A stretch of DNA of 64,000 nt from Candidatus Saccharimonadales bacterium. Lineage in GTDB: Bacteria > Patescibacteriota > Saccharimonadia > Saccharimonadales > Saccharimonadaceae. The DNA lies in assembly GCA_049286925.1 (NCBI GenBank), contig JBAQEV010000017.1:285-64284 (forward strand). The letters run 5' to 3'. How positions within the stretch are numbered: position 1 is the first letter of the stretch; each line of letters starts with the position of its first letter. The position numbers were made by a program, and so were the translations under genes. Below, one piece after another: positions 8,086-17,859 of this stretch. The notes beneath the pieces were generated by a model that saw only the letters and a program-made list of their open reading frames with translations, had not been told where the DNA came from and did no database searches.

Positions 8086-10576
8086 ACTTCACCAACTTCT
8101 CTGCCTCAATCTTTGACCCCAGAATACTTTTTACTTGATCAAGTGAAATCTGTATATTACTGCCCGATTCGGCGTCACCGGATAGCATTTGTTTAGCCAC
8201 GGTGTTTTCGACTGCTCGCTGCACCACTCGACGCATTGGACGAGCGCCCAAACGTGGGTCATAACCTGCTTCAACCAGATACTTTTTAGCGTCAATGCTT
8301 ACTTCGACACTAATTTTTTGCGGTTCAAGCGTTTTATTAACGCCCGCCAAAATCAAATCAATTACTTGCAATAATTCATCTTTGGTTAGCGGCCTAAACA
8401 TCACAATCTCATCAAATCGGTTCAAAAACTCTGGCTTGAATTGATTACTGCTGATTAATTCATCGGTAAATTTGTCTTCAAATTGTTCGACATCATATCC
8501 GCGCTCGATATACTCGCGAATCCTGTCGGCGCCTGCGTTGCTGGTGGCGATAATTATGGCATCGCGAAAACTGACTTCGCGGTTTCTAGCATCCCGCAGA
8601 ATGCCTTCGTCCAACAGCTGTAGCAATGTGGACAAGACGTTTGGATGAGCTTTTTCGATCTCGTCAAACAAGACTACGCTGAAGGGCTGTTTCATTGCTT
8701 GGGCAGTTAGACTGCGGGGATTATCGACACCATCTTCGATTAGCCTATTTGCGTCACCTGCGTTGCTATATTCGTTCATATCCAGACGTATCAAGCGGTC
8801 TTCGCCACCAAAATACGCTTCACCCAAAGCTTTTGACAACTCTGTTTTGCCAACACCGGTTGGGCCAAGGAATAAGAATGTGCCAATTGGTCGATTCTGG
8901 TTGCGAACACCCGTCCTGGCGCGCCTCAACGCGTCGCTAACCACAGTAACCGCTCGCTTTTGGTTAATCATACGTTTATGAATTAGGTCCTCTAGATTCA
9001 GCAACCTATCACGCTCGTCTTCATTTGATGCCACACTGACTTTAACGCCTAATGTTTTTTCAATCGCCTCTTGGACGGATTTAGCCGTTACAAGACCATT
9101 CTCGTTATAAAGCGCTGCTGCTTCTAATAATTGGAGTGCTTTGCCTGGCATTGCCAAATCATGAATATATCTGTCGCTCAGCCGATATGCTTCGTCCAAA
9201 GCCTGATACATATAAGTAACATGGTTTTGGAACTCAAACAGCACTACTCTATCCTGCATAACAGATATAGTTTCGTCACGCGTAGCAGTAGAGATAGTGA
9301 TTCGATTTAGGCTATTTGCGACTTGTGGATCGCGTTTGTTAATCTGCAAATATTTTTGCTCGTCCATAGCCAAAATCATCCTGATACCACCAGATTTGAT
9401 AATCGGCAACAGTACATTCGTAATATCGACTGACCCAACACCCTCCTGGAAAAACAATTCGGCATTATCCAGACAAATTATGATATTTTTGGCCCGAGCG
9501 GCTTCACCTAAAATGCTTGGGATTATTTTTTCTAATTCTCCACGTCCTGGCGCTGCTGCAATCAGCGACGAAGCATCCAAAATAAAGACTTGGTTAAACC
9601 TAATCTTTGCCGGTTCATTCTCGGTAGCATCTAATAATTTTGATGCAAAAGTATGAACAATCTGCGTCTTTCCGACGCCACTAGGACCAACCAGCGCCAC
9701 ATTTTGTCGGCCTTCTTTTCCAAATATTTCCATCATCTTATCCAGCGTCTCGGTGTGCGAGACCAGTTGATGAATCGACATATCAAAATCACTCAAAGAT
9801 TGACTGATATTCTGTCCAAAACGGCCAAGCAGCGGAGTCCAGCCAAATGACCAGTCCCTGGCTATGCCACCCGTCATCTTTGGCTCTTTGGATTTATCAA
9901 TCATCAATCGCAGGTGGTTGTACCATTCGATGCCGCTGATTAAATCATTAATGTCCAGCTGCAAATGACTCAATAGTTTTTCACCACTAGTCGAACATTT
10001 AACTAGCGCTGTGACTAAAATAGTAGCTGACATGTTTTTGCTGTTGGTCTGCTGCCTAATATTCCAAGCTTCTTGCCACAATGCCTGTATGTCTTTTGGA
10101 TCATCTGACACTAGGTCCTGCAAAAACTGCCCGCTGATTCCGAAGCGCGCCGACAAAAATTGTCCACCGGTTACCATGCTGACTATGCCAGCAACCTCCA
10201 AAGGAGTTGGCCTTTTGGATAGCCTGCCTAAAATATCGACCGACAGTACATCATCAATAGTTGTCGGATTATTTTTTATCTTCATATGATGCAGCTCGCC
10301 CCTGTACCACTGAATCACCATCACTGGGATGAACGCCAAGCCAATAGCAATCCAACCAATCGCCATATAAAGCGAAAGCAAATAATATCCCACTGCCAAC
10401 ATCAAAACTGTCAATAAATACAAACCAACAATCTTAGGCCGGCTAAACCAGACACCGATACGCGCTTTTTCGCTACGCATACTGTGATGATTTAACTTTA
10501 GTTCGTCCACGACGGCACCCATTCTAGCGTAGAAGCTATCAGCCCTGCGATTGGCAACAATGGAATAACTAACCAA
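8066..10576 (-). CDS. Membrane-anchored ClpA/ClpB-family AAA+ ATPase (two nucleotide-binding domains)
   Basis: Walker A GPSGVGKTQ (NBD1) and GPTGVGKTE (NBD2), FDEIEKAH and the GARPMRR sensor region. The N-terminus has two TM helices instead of a Clp_N domain. The start is uncertain: TTG at 10576, or ATG at 10522 or 10480. Confidence 0.85.
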   Translation of the reverse strand: MVSYSIVANRRADSFYARMGAVVDELKLNHHSMRSEKARIGVWFSRPKIVGLYLLTVLMLAVGYYLLSLYMAIGWIAIGLAFIPVMVIQWYRGELHHMKIKNNPTTIDDVLSVDILGRLSKRPTPLEVAGIVSMVTGGQFLSARFGISGQFLQDLVSDDPKDIQALWQEAWNIRQQTNSKNMSATILVTALVKCSTSGEKLLSHLQLDINDLISGIEWYNHLRLMIDKSKEPKMTGGIARDWSFGWTPLLGRFGQNISQSLSDFDMSIHQLVSHTETLDKMMEIFGKEGRQNVALVGPSGVGKTQIVHTFASKLLDATENEPAKIRFNQVFILDASSLIAAAPGRGELEKIIPSILGEAARAKNIIICLDNAELFFQEGVGSVDITNVLLPIIKSGGIRMILAMDEQKYLQINKRDPQVANSLNRITISTATRDETISVMQDRVVLFEFQNHVTYMYQALDEAYRLSDRYIHDLAMPGKALQLLEAAALYNENGLVTAKSVQEAIEKTLGVKVSVASNEDERDRLLNLEDLIHKRMINQKRAVTVVSDALRRARTGVRNQNRPIGTFLFLGPTGVGKTELSKALGEAYFGGEDRLIRLDMNEYSNAGDANRLIEDGVDNPRSLTAQAMKQPFSVVLFDEIEKAHPNVLSTLLQLLDEGILRDARNREVSFRDAIIIATSNAGADRIREYIERGYDVEQFEDKFTDELISSNQFKPEFLNRFDEIVMFRPLTKDELLQVIDLILAGVNKTLEPQKISVEVSIDAKKYLVEAGYDPRLGARPMRRVVQRAVENTVAKQMLSGDAESGSNIQISLDQVKSILGSKIEAEKLVKSNSELG

Positions 10577-10884
10577 ATAATGACAGTAACAACACCATAA
10601 ATTGATTGCAAAAACATCACAACAAACCCAGCAATAATCATGAAAGTTCTGATAACCGCTCCGATTATCCTAGACAAAAGCCTGTCAAAAAACGCCCTTA
10701 TTATATCGCCAATAGTGCCCTGGACAGAGCCTGCAGATATTTGTTTGTATGGCGCGAACAAAGTGTTTATTAGCAGCTTGAATGAAAAGAAGTCGGACGA
10801 TATTTTAATGCGGTTTATAGCCAATTGAAAACGGCCAACTAATCCATTGCCGTACCACCATGACAATATGCCAACCAAAAACAT
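10498..10884 (-). CDS. Hypothetical membrane protein
   Basis: Hydrophobic ORF upstream of the Clp ATPase. I chose the ATG at 10884 so that it does not overlap divergent murT. Confidence 0.5.
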   Translation of the reverse strand: MFLVGILSWWYGNGLVGRFQLAINRIKISSDFFSFKLLINTLFAPYKQISAGSVQGTIGDIIRAFFDRLLSRIIGAVIRTFMIIAGFVVMFLQSIYGVVTVIIWLVIPLLPIAGLIASTLEWVPSWTN

Positions 10885-10920
10885 GTCACTATTATAACCG
10901 CTTACGTTATAATAGGCTAT

Positions 10921-12192
10921 ATGCCAAAACAACTTGTTACGATAATCGGAAAAACCGTAAAAGGCGTTGCTCGGTTGCGTGGCGGAGGCTCGGCGCTGCC
11001 AGGATTAGTCGTCGAACGTATCGACCCTAATTTTATCAGCCACACTCTTTCGACCTTGCCGATGGGCGTCGTCGTCATTAGTGGCACAAACGGAAAAACG
11101 ACTACAACGAAAATGGTTGTCGAATTACTAGAAAGCCAAGGCCTAAAAGTATTTACCAACCGAACAGGCAGCAATTTCACCCGTGGCATTGCAGCAGCCT
11201 TAATTGGCGACATTGATATTAGGGGACGCTTACACGCCGATATTGCAGTCTTAGAACTTGATGAAGCTTACGCCGTCCATTTTGTAGCCAAGATTCCGCC
11301 TAAGTTCTGCCTGATTTTGAACGTCATGCGCGACCAACTGGACCGCTTTGGCGAGATTGATCATACTGCTGACTTACTACTAAAAGTCGCCCAGGCCACA
11401 ACTGATACGGTGGTTTTGAACCGCGAAGATACCCTGGTTGCGAATATTGCCAAATCGCTAAACGACAAAAAAGTGCGCTTCTTTGGCCTTAGTGAAGAAT
11501 TGCTAGACACCTTCCCTAGTGACGATAATTTACATTCTGAATCTAAAAAACAGTCCTCAGAAGTCACAGCCGATGTTACGCTAACTAAATTCGCCAGCAA
11601 CTCCGCCACTTTTAAATTTGATGATAAAGAGTTTATTACCAATCTTCAGCTAACTGGTATTTATAACGTATTCAATGTCGCGGCTGCCCTAACACTAGTA
11701 AGGTCAATGGTCGGTAAAGATATAGACGAAGAGAAATTACTTGAAACCTTAGCAAAAATCACTCCCGCTTTTGGACGTGGAGAAAAATTAACTGTCGATG
11801 GGTTGCCGCTTGAGTTAATTTTAGTAAAAAACCCTTCCGGATTTCGTTTAGGCTTACAGTCATTTGACCCAGCAGATTGCGTTACAATGATAGCTATTAA
11901 CGACAATTACGCCGATGGTCGTGACATGTCGTGGCTGTGGGATGTGGATTTTTCGAGCCTTAGCGCAACTGGCACGGATTACATATCGGGTATCAGAGCA
12001 TACGACATAGCTTTGCGCCTGCAATACGACGAGGTTCCATTTAGAAAGATTAATACTAATCTAAAAAAAGCCTTAAAGTCGTTCATTGCCGAGAATCAAC
12101 AGCGCCCAAAGCGTATTTATTGCACCTACACCGCCATGTTAACAATCCGCCGCGAGTTGTCCAAGATAACAAAAGTTGAGGGTGGTATATGA
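10921..12192 (+). CDS. murT: Lipid II isoglutaminyl synthase, Mur-ligase subunit MurT
   Basis: Mur ligase P-loop ISGTNGKTTTT. Its C-terminal region is paired with a downstream GatD-type amidotransferase through an ATGA overlap. Confidence 0.85.
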   Translation: MPKQLVTIIGKTVKGVARLRGGGSALPGLVVERIDPNFISHTLSTLPMGVVVISGTNGKTTTTKMVVELLESQGLKVFTNRTGSNFTRGIAAALIGDIDIRGRLHADIAVLELDEAYAVHFVAKIPPKFCLILNVMRDQLDRFGEIDHTADLLLKVAQATTDTVVLNREDTLVANIAKSLNDKKVRFFGLSEELLDTFPSDDNLHSESKKQSSEVTADVTLTKFASNSATFKFDDKEFITNLQLTGIYNVFNVAAALTLVRSMVGKDIDEEKLLETLAKITPAFGRGEKLTVDGLPLELILVKNPSGFRLGLQSFDPADCVTMIAINDNYADGRDMSWLWDVDFSSLSATGTDYISGIRAYDIALRLQYDEVPFRKINTNLKKALKSFIAENQQRPKRIYCTYTAMLTIRRELSKITKVEGGI

Positions 12193-12923
12193 ATCCAGAA
12201 ATGAACGATAAAACAATCAATGTCGTACATCTATATGCCCGAGACATGAATATTTATGGAGACCATGGCAACACATTGGTTTTAATGCGTCGCCTTCAAT
12301 GGCACGGCTATAGACCGCGCCTAATCGAATATAATCCTGGTGACGAATTCCCAAATGACGCTGATATTATCGTTGGTGGTGGTGGCCAGGACAGCGGCCA
12401 AAGTAAGATCCAAGATGACCTACTGGTCATTGGACCCCAACTTTGCAAATTAGCTGATGGAGGCACTCCAATGTTGATGATTTGTGGACTTTATCAGCTA
12501 TTTGGTAAGTTTTTCAAAACTTCCGACGGCGAAATAATTAAAGGTATCGAGTTATTCGACATTGAAACTTACGGCAAATCCGAACGCATGATTGGCAATA
12601 TAGTCACCTACAGTAAAGAATTTGGCAATATAATTGGTTACGAAAACCACAGCGGACAAACTTTCCTTGGCAACAAAGTCCAACACTTGGGCAAAGTATT
12701 GTTGGGCGCCGGCAACAACCTTGAGGATGATAGTGAAGGCGCCAGATACAAAAATGTTATCGGCAGCTATTTACACGGCTCACTTTTGCCTAAAAATCCC
12801 AAAATTGCCGATTTTTTAATCGAACAAGCAGTTGTTAAAAAATACGGCGAGTTTAAAAGTAATGAGTTTGATGATAAAATTTCAGAACTGGCACGCAAAG
12901 TAGCAATGAAACTTCCAAGATAG
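12189..12923 (+). CDS. gatD: Lipid II isoglutaminyl synthase, glutaminase subunit GatD (CobQ-type GATase)
   Basis: Nucleophile context MICGLYQLFG and His region GSYLHGSLLP. Translationally coupled to murT. Confidence 0.85.
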   Translation: MNPEMNDKTINVVHLYARDMNIYGDHGNTLVLMRRLQWHGYRPRLIEYNPGDEFPNDADIIVGGGGQDSGQSKIQDDLLVIGPQLCKLADGGTPMLMICGLYQLFGKFFKTSDGEIIKGIELFDIETYGKSERMIGNIVTYSKEFGNIIGYENHSGQTFLGNKVQHLGKVLLGAGNNLEDDSEGARYKNVIGSYLHGSLLPKNPKIADFLIEQAVVKKYGEFKSNEFDDKISELARKVAMKLPR

Positions 12924-12948
12924 TTGAAAACTAAAAAAGGAGAATCGT

Positions 12949-13389
12949 ATGATCGAACAAATACAAAAAGTACTAGAAAGCTATGGTGGAACCTGGAAAA
13001 ACAAAAAAGGAATATTTGAGTTTTCAGCGACTATCGCTGAGAGAAAAGCTTTTTTATCGACAAAAAAACTTACTTATCAAGCTAGATTAAATATCGATGA
13101 CCAAGCAAAACAAATTAAATTCTCGGAGATGCTAATCGAAGCCGGATCCGGCTTATCTTCAGGTGGCGGATTCGATGGCGACATGGGAATGAGTCCAGGT
13201 TTTGGATTCAAAACCGAAACATACAACACAATGGGCGGCGACCGCAAAGGCAACATCGAAGAACAATCGAATTTATTTGGTAAAAAGTTTGAATATAAGT
13301 TTAACTATCACGAAATCCGATCCAAAACAGAACAGACGGCAAAAGATGACGGTTATACATTTGAGTACAAGATACTACCTGTAAAATAA
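12949..13389 (+). CDS. Hypothetical protein
   Basis: RBS AAGGAG. Gly-rich central segment. No family recognised. Confidence 0.55.
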   Translation: MIEQIQKVLESYGGTWKNKKGIFEFSATIAERKAFLSTKKLTYQARLNIDDQAKQIKFSEMLIEAGSGLSSGGGFDGDMGMSPGFGFKTETYNTMGGDRKGNIEEQSNLFGKKFEYKFNYHEIRSKTEQTAKDDGYTFEYKILPVK

Positions 13390-13400
13390 AACTCAACAGC

Positions 13401-14969
13401 TTAATCGGCGATTTTATATTCGATGGCTTTGTATTCTGGACCGCCATTTATTGGGTCGTCGAGCGTGATTTCTTGAATAACTTGCCAATTATCATAAGGC
13501 TTCGTAACGTTGCCCGACTTTGAAAAAGCAATATACCAAAAAGTCGGATGCTCTGCTGTAAACGCTGTAATTTCCTTAATTTTGCCATGATCATTATTTT
13601 TCAACATCTCAAGTGACCCGAAATTATATTCAATCGGGTCAATATAATAGACTGGGTGGTCGTTAGTTGAATAAAAAACTGCTTCATAAAACAGCCATGG
13701 CGATTCAGCAATAATTGGCTGTCCGACTGAACTATTGGCCGAAGCTTCTTCGACAATCTGCCTTGTTTGTTTTGAGCTTTGCTCGTTCTTGTTATAATTG
13801 CCCAATTGCCATACATTCGATACACCAACTGTCATCATGATAACCAATATCGACGGTATAATAACCCGCCATCTTGAACCCAAATACTTAGACCCAAGCG
13901 CAAAAGTAACGCCAATAAATAAAGCGACTCCGACAACTGATGTCATCAAATATCTATCGATAAACGACGACCTAAGCGGCGGCATAGATAATGCGATAAG
14001 TAATATCATGGGCACAAAAGCGACCGCCATAATCAAACAATAAGACTGTTTTCTTAAATCATCTAGCGATTTATATATCTTATAGGCCAAAATACCCAGT
14101 ATCACAGCCATAACGACAAAAGCCGCCGCCATCCAACCCGTTACCTGACCGACATCTTGATAATAAATTAAGTTTGTCAAAAAATTAATCGGCGTATTTG
14201 GCGTTACTGGTGGTATCCAAAAGCCAAAAGCCTGAACTATAGTCAGCTGAGTAAGCATATATGGCAACCACGGCAAAAATAGACCAATAGCCAACAGATG
14301 AGATAGTATCCAATTCTTTGAAAAGAAAGATTTAATAAACTTGCCCTTTTTAGCAGTTCGCCTGATGACATCAGCTCGCCAAATCCAATGCGCCAGCCAA
14401 ACAATCGCCACAAAATAATGCGTCCACATACCTAAAGAAACCAGTATTCCATAAATAACCCATGGCAGACGTCTCTTTGAATTCATTGCAAAAATTAAAG
14501 CATAAGTTGCCGCGAGGGCAATCGTCGCAACTAGTGTGTACATGCGGGCCTCTTGACCATAACGCACCAACATTGGCGATAAGGCCATAAATATCAAACT
14601 CATTGCTGCGGCTTTTTGTCCGAACAAACGCTTGACCAGCAGATAACCTAGAATAATGGCGGTTATACCGAAAAATACACTCATCGAGCGCAATGCCAAC
14701 TCGCCAGTGCCAAACATCATGCTCCACAGTTTAAGCAACCAATACGACATTGGCGGATGAACATCGGCAGCAGTATATTTGGCAATATCAAAAAAATCAA
14801 AACGGATGAGATAGGCTCCAAACGCCTCATCGAACCAAATTGAAGATTTGGTGATTGTCCATAGCGTAACTGCCAAATAGACAGCCAGGCCTGGCGCCAA
14901 AAATAGGTAGTCAAACTTATCTAACAGCGCAAGCTTTTTACGACCGAATAATCGATTAAATAGTTTCAT
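13401..14969 (-). CDS. Glycosyltransferase family 39 (ArnT/PMT-like) membrane protein
   Basis: About 12 TM helices, an early DEA motif (IWFDEAFGAY) and a C-terminal soluble domain. Confidence 0.75.
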   Translation of the reverse strand: MKLFNRLFGRKKLALLDKFDYLFLAPGLAVYLAVTLWTITKSSIWFDEAFGAYLIRFDFFDIAKYTAADVHPPMSYWLLKLWSMMFGTGELALRSMSVFFGITAIILGYLLVKRLFGQKAAAMSLIFMALSPMLVRYGQEARMYTLVATIALAATYALIFAMNSKRRLPWVIYGILVSLGMWTHYFVAIVWLAHWIWRADVIRRTAKKGKFIKSFFSKNWILSHLLAIGLFLPWLPYMLTQLTIVQAFGFWIPPVTPNTPINFLTNLIYYQDVGQVTGWMAAAFVVMAVILGILAYKIYKSLDDLRKQSYCLIMAVAFVPMILLIALSMPPLRSSFIDRYLMTSVVGVALFIGVTFALGSKYLGSRWRVIIPSILVIMMTVGVSNVWQLGNYNKNEQSSKQTRQIVEEASANSSVGQPIIAESPWLFYEAVFYSTNDHPVYYIDPIEYNFGSLEMLKNNDHGKIKEITAFTAEHPTFWYIAFSKSGNVTKPYDNWQVIQEITLDDPINGGPEYKAIEYKIAD

Positions 14970-15156
14970 CTGTTATTATTTTAACCCTATATTGCGCAAG
15001 CTACAAGCAAATACAGCGTCAAAAGACTGGAAATCAAAGATATTTTAGGTTATAATCCATATTGTTCTGCAATTTTTTTGATTGCAGCTCCTCGAATGTT
15101 CAAACCAAGCTTTAGCTGTTTGAAAATTCGGAAGGAGGAACCGCCAACAAAGTGAA

Positions 15157-15178
15157 GTTATCGAACTTGTTCGATAAC
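15157..15178. promoter_or_regulatory. Perfect 10-bp inverted repeat GTTATCGAAC-TT-GTTCGATAAC, 25 nt upstream of tRNA-Pro
   Basis: Read directly from the sequence. It coincides with the stop codon of the recombinase ORF on the other strand. Confidence 0.35.
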
Positions 15179-17086
15179 GAACAAAAAGGCGAGTTCCGAC
15201 GACGGGGTGTGGCGCAGTTGATCGCGCGCGCGGTTTGGGACCGTGAGGTCGAAGGTTTGAGTCCTTTCACCCCGACCAGTAGATATTTCGTCTAAATCCG
15301 TCATCAAATTGTATGGCGGATTTAGCTTTATAACAGAGGTAGAATCATTTCCAACACGTAGGTTCGCAATAAACTCATTGCATATAGTATCCAGAACCAT
15401 GATGTCAGTCGTTTTTAGCATAGTTAACACCTTAGAACGTGTGAGTTCGTAGAATTGTTTCTCAGTAGGTAGTGCTATATCAAGTTTAGCTAGTTCAGCC
15501 TTATTGCTAACCATAGCTTCTTCATCAAGGCGTATCAGTTGTTGGTACTCTTCTAACTTGCCCTCATGGTACTTCTTGTAATCATCAGGACTGTTTACTT
15601 GGAACTCTTGATAACGTGCATACTGCTGTTCGTTATTCTTTTGTGACTGCTTAGCCTCAGCAAGCTTACGTTGTAGTATAGCCCTATCGGAAGCAATGTG
15701 TTGCTCAAGGCTGTTGATGTATATGCGGTATGCTTGCTCACTCTTTTTAGTTAAGTGACGTAGTTGCCATTCAATACCTGCTAGTACGAACTTACCACGA
15801 ATACTCTTAGAGAGTTTGATGTTGAGATTTTTCTGCTCTGTCTCATTGTGTCGTAAACAAGCCTTATTACGACAGTAGAAACTAATAACCCATTTGCCAG
15901 CATTTTTACCACGCTTAAGTGGTGTGTGTTGAAACCTCATAGTGTTATCACAGTAATCACAGATAACTTTATTATGTAGTAACCCATAGTCTAATCTTTG
16001 TGAACGGTTAGTTTTTACGCTTGTCGTTCTACCAAAATCTTTAGCAATATCGGCGTTTAGCTGTATGTACTCATCTGCTGTTATTAAAGGCTTAAAGTTA
16101 TACAAGTCTACGAGGTTTGCGAGGTTATCTCCGTAGCTGTATAAACCAGAGTAAAACGAATCTGCAAAGATGTTGCCAACCATTTGCTTAGTAACCTTTA
16201 TTAGCTTTGGCTTGTCGTCTTGGTCTTTACGTTCAGTGAGTTTTACGCTATTCAAAAACTCTGCAATATCTGTGTTATTCATGTCCCCATACAACCTCAT
16301 ATCTACTGCCTGACGTAGAACATTCCAGTTATATTCATCAGGGGTAAAGTATCCAGTAGTAGAGTCCACATAGTAGCCTTTCTTCACTACACCGTTATAC
16401 TTACCCTCTACGATATTACCGACAGTACCACGCTTCACATCAACCGCTAGTTTATCCGAGTATTGCTTAGAAGTAGCAAACAATATACCGAGCATCATCT
16501 TCCCATTTGGCGAATTGTCGAACTGATACGTAACAAATGCAAGGTCTTGAATCTCTTCATCGTCAATCATTTCTATGACTTCACCAGCTTCTTTCATGTT
16601 GCGAGATAGACGGTCAGGAGACCACGATATAAGCCCATGATATTTACCAGTCTTAAAACCAAGTAGCATTGTGTCAAAGATTGGACGATTACCAGAGGTT
16701 TTAGCAGAGGCACTTTCAACAAATATGTCTTCATCACGGATAAAAACCTCTAGGTGTTTTGCTTTTCTCAGACACTCAGTACGTTGGTCATCTAGTGAGC
16801 GTACTTGCTTAGCCTCATCATCAGTAGACTTACGTAGATATATAGCGTAACGGCGTTTTTCTTTTGGTAGTATTTTTTTAGCACCCTCTGTTGTAGCAGA
16901 GAAGTAATTTAGCAGGTCATTGACACTACGTTCACTGCTCCCGAAGGCTTTATTACGGTACTCAGATGTATATAGGTGCTGTTCTTGTACACTTGCAAGC
17001 TCAGCCTCATCTGCGAGAACTTTAGTGCGTTTTTTGCGATTAGTTGTACCTTTTGGCATATAGTTATTCCTACTAATATTGTACAA
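15158..17086 (-). CDS. Large serine recombinase (resolvase domain, recombinase domain, zinc ribbon)
   Basis: YAIYLRKSTDDE...SLDDQ catalytic Ser region, SWSPDRLSRN, and the Cys pairs CDYCDN...FYCRNKAC. The last ~40 codons are antisense to tRNA-Pro. Confidence 0.9.
   Translation of the reverse strand: MYNISRNNYMPKGTTNRKKRTKVLADEAELASVQEQHLYTSEYRNKAFGSSERSVNDLLNYFSATTEGAKKILPKEKRRYAIYLRKSTDDEAKQVRSLDDQRTECLRKAKHLEVFIRDEDIFVESASAKTSGNRPIFDTMLLGFKTGKYHGLISWSPDRLSRNMKEAGEVIEMIDDEEIQDLAFVTYQFDNSPNGKMMLGILFATSKQYSDKLAVDVKRGTVGNIVEGKYNGVVKKGYYVDSTTGYFTPDEYNWNVLRQAVDMRLYGDMNNTDIAEFLNSVKLTERKDQDDKPKLIKVTKQMVGNIFADSFYSGLYSYGDNLANLVDLYNFKPLITADEYIQLNADIAKDFGRTTSVKTNRSQRLDYGLLHNKVICDYCDNTMRFQHTPLKRGKNAGKWVISFYCRNKACLRHNETEQKNLNIKLSKSIRGKFVLAGIEWQLRHLTKKSEQAYRIYINSLEQHIASDRAILQRKLAEAKQSQKNNEQQYARYQEFQVNSPDDYKKYHEGKLEEYQQLIRLDEEAMVSNKAELAKLDIALPTEKQFYELTRSKVLTMLKTTDIMVLDTICNEFIANLRVGNDSTSVIKLNPPYNLMTDLDEISTGRGERTQTFDLTVPNRARDQLRHTPSSELAFLFVIEQVR
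15203..15278 (+). tRNA. tRNA-Pro (TGG)
   Basis: Acceptor CGGGGTG/CACCCCG, anticodon stem CGCGG/CCGTG with loop TTTGGGA, T-arm GAAGG-TTTGAGT-CCTTT and CCA. Length 76 nt. Confidence 0.9.
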
Positions 17087-17116
17087 AAATTGTACTGTAA
17101 TGTAAACTATTGTTAT

Positions 17117-17299
17117 ATGGAAAATGAACTACCAGAATATCTAACCTTGCCAGAAGTAGTGAAGATATTAAAGGTACACCCAAATACTCTACGCAACTGG
17201 GATAAGGACGGTACGCTTAAGGCAATACGCATAGGCAAACGTAACATACGACGATGGAAGAAATCTGATGTTCTAAGATTCTTAGAGGCTGGTAAGTAG
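17117..17299 (+). CDS. Excisionase-family / MerR-like HTH DNA-binding protein
   Basis: LTLPEVVKILKVHPNTLRNWDKDGTLKAIRIGKRNIRRWKKSDV. It is divergent from the recombinase. I chose the ATG at 17117 because the longer ORF overlaps the recombinase start. Confidence 0.8.
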   Translation: MENELPEYLTLPEVVKILKVHPNTLRNWDKDGTLKAIRIGKRNIRRWKKSDVLRFLEAGK

Positions 17300-17301
17300 A
17301 T

Positions 17302-17859
17302 ATGACAAAAAAGAAAGATGACTACATGGCGACCAACTCACAAGTCATGCTTGCCACTACCAAGCCGTATATCGCTGGTGCAAAAATCCAATTAGAGCGT
17401 TATCTAGAAGCACAAAGAATAATGAAAACTCACAAGATGGTTTTGGGCGGTGGAATAGATAAATGTACATATGAACTATCTGCACTGCTAGAACATTTAG
17501 ACAGCATAGAGGTGCAGCTAAGAAACAGAGGCATAACGTTGCCGACAGGTGAAATAATTCGACAATTCCGTAATCATTTACGACATGATGGTAGAGGCGA
17601 AAAAGACCGTAGCAATGGCAAACGAGGTCAGGCAATAGGCTTGAATGATAAACTACTGGTACATATAGGTTTTACTGATAGTGGTGTAAAGATGGGTTCA
17701 GTTGTACTAACTGCCCAACAGATAGATACATACATTACGACCGCCGAAACAATAATGTGGGCACTAGTGTTGGGTGGCAAGCTAGAGATTAACGGTGAAA
17801 CAGTGACCGTCTATCAACAACCTACAGACATAACCACTAAAAACACCCCAGAGGCGTAA
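17302..17859 (+). CDS. Hypothetical protein with an RNxxxH (HEPN-type) motif
   Basis: RNHLRH at residues 90-95 (nt 17569..17586). The TAATG stop/start overlaps the next gene. Confidence 0.6.
   Translation: MTKKKDDYMATNSQVMLATTKPYIAGAKIQLERYLEAQRIMKTHKMVLGGGIDKCTYELSALLEHLDSIEVQLRNRGITLPTGEIIRQFRNHLRHDGRGEKDRSNGKRGQAIGLNDKLLVHIGFTDSGVKMGSVVLTAQQIDTYITTAETIMWALVLGGKLEINGETVTVYQQPTDITTKNTPEA

Noticed and set aside
10885-10932. Longer start for the 10498 membrane-protein ORF overlapping murT
   Set aside because: The extension overlaps the divergent murT start. The ATG at 10884 gives a hydrophobic N-terminus without the overlap.
15153-15302. Small + strand ORF starting at GTG after an AAGGAGG-like sequence and reading through tRNA-Pro
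   Set aside because: It would be translated straight through a canonical tRNA gene. The GGAGG match is more likely fortuitous.
16976-17116. Longer 107-aa version of the excisionase-type ORF
   Set aside because: The first 47 codons overlap the recombinase start region and look non-protein-like (Cys/Phe-rich). The HTH protein begins cleanly at ATG 17117.
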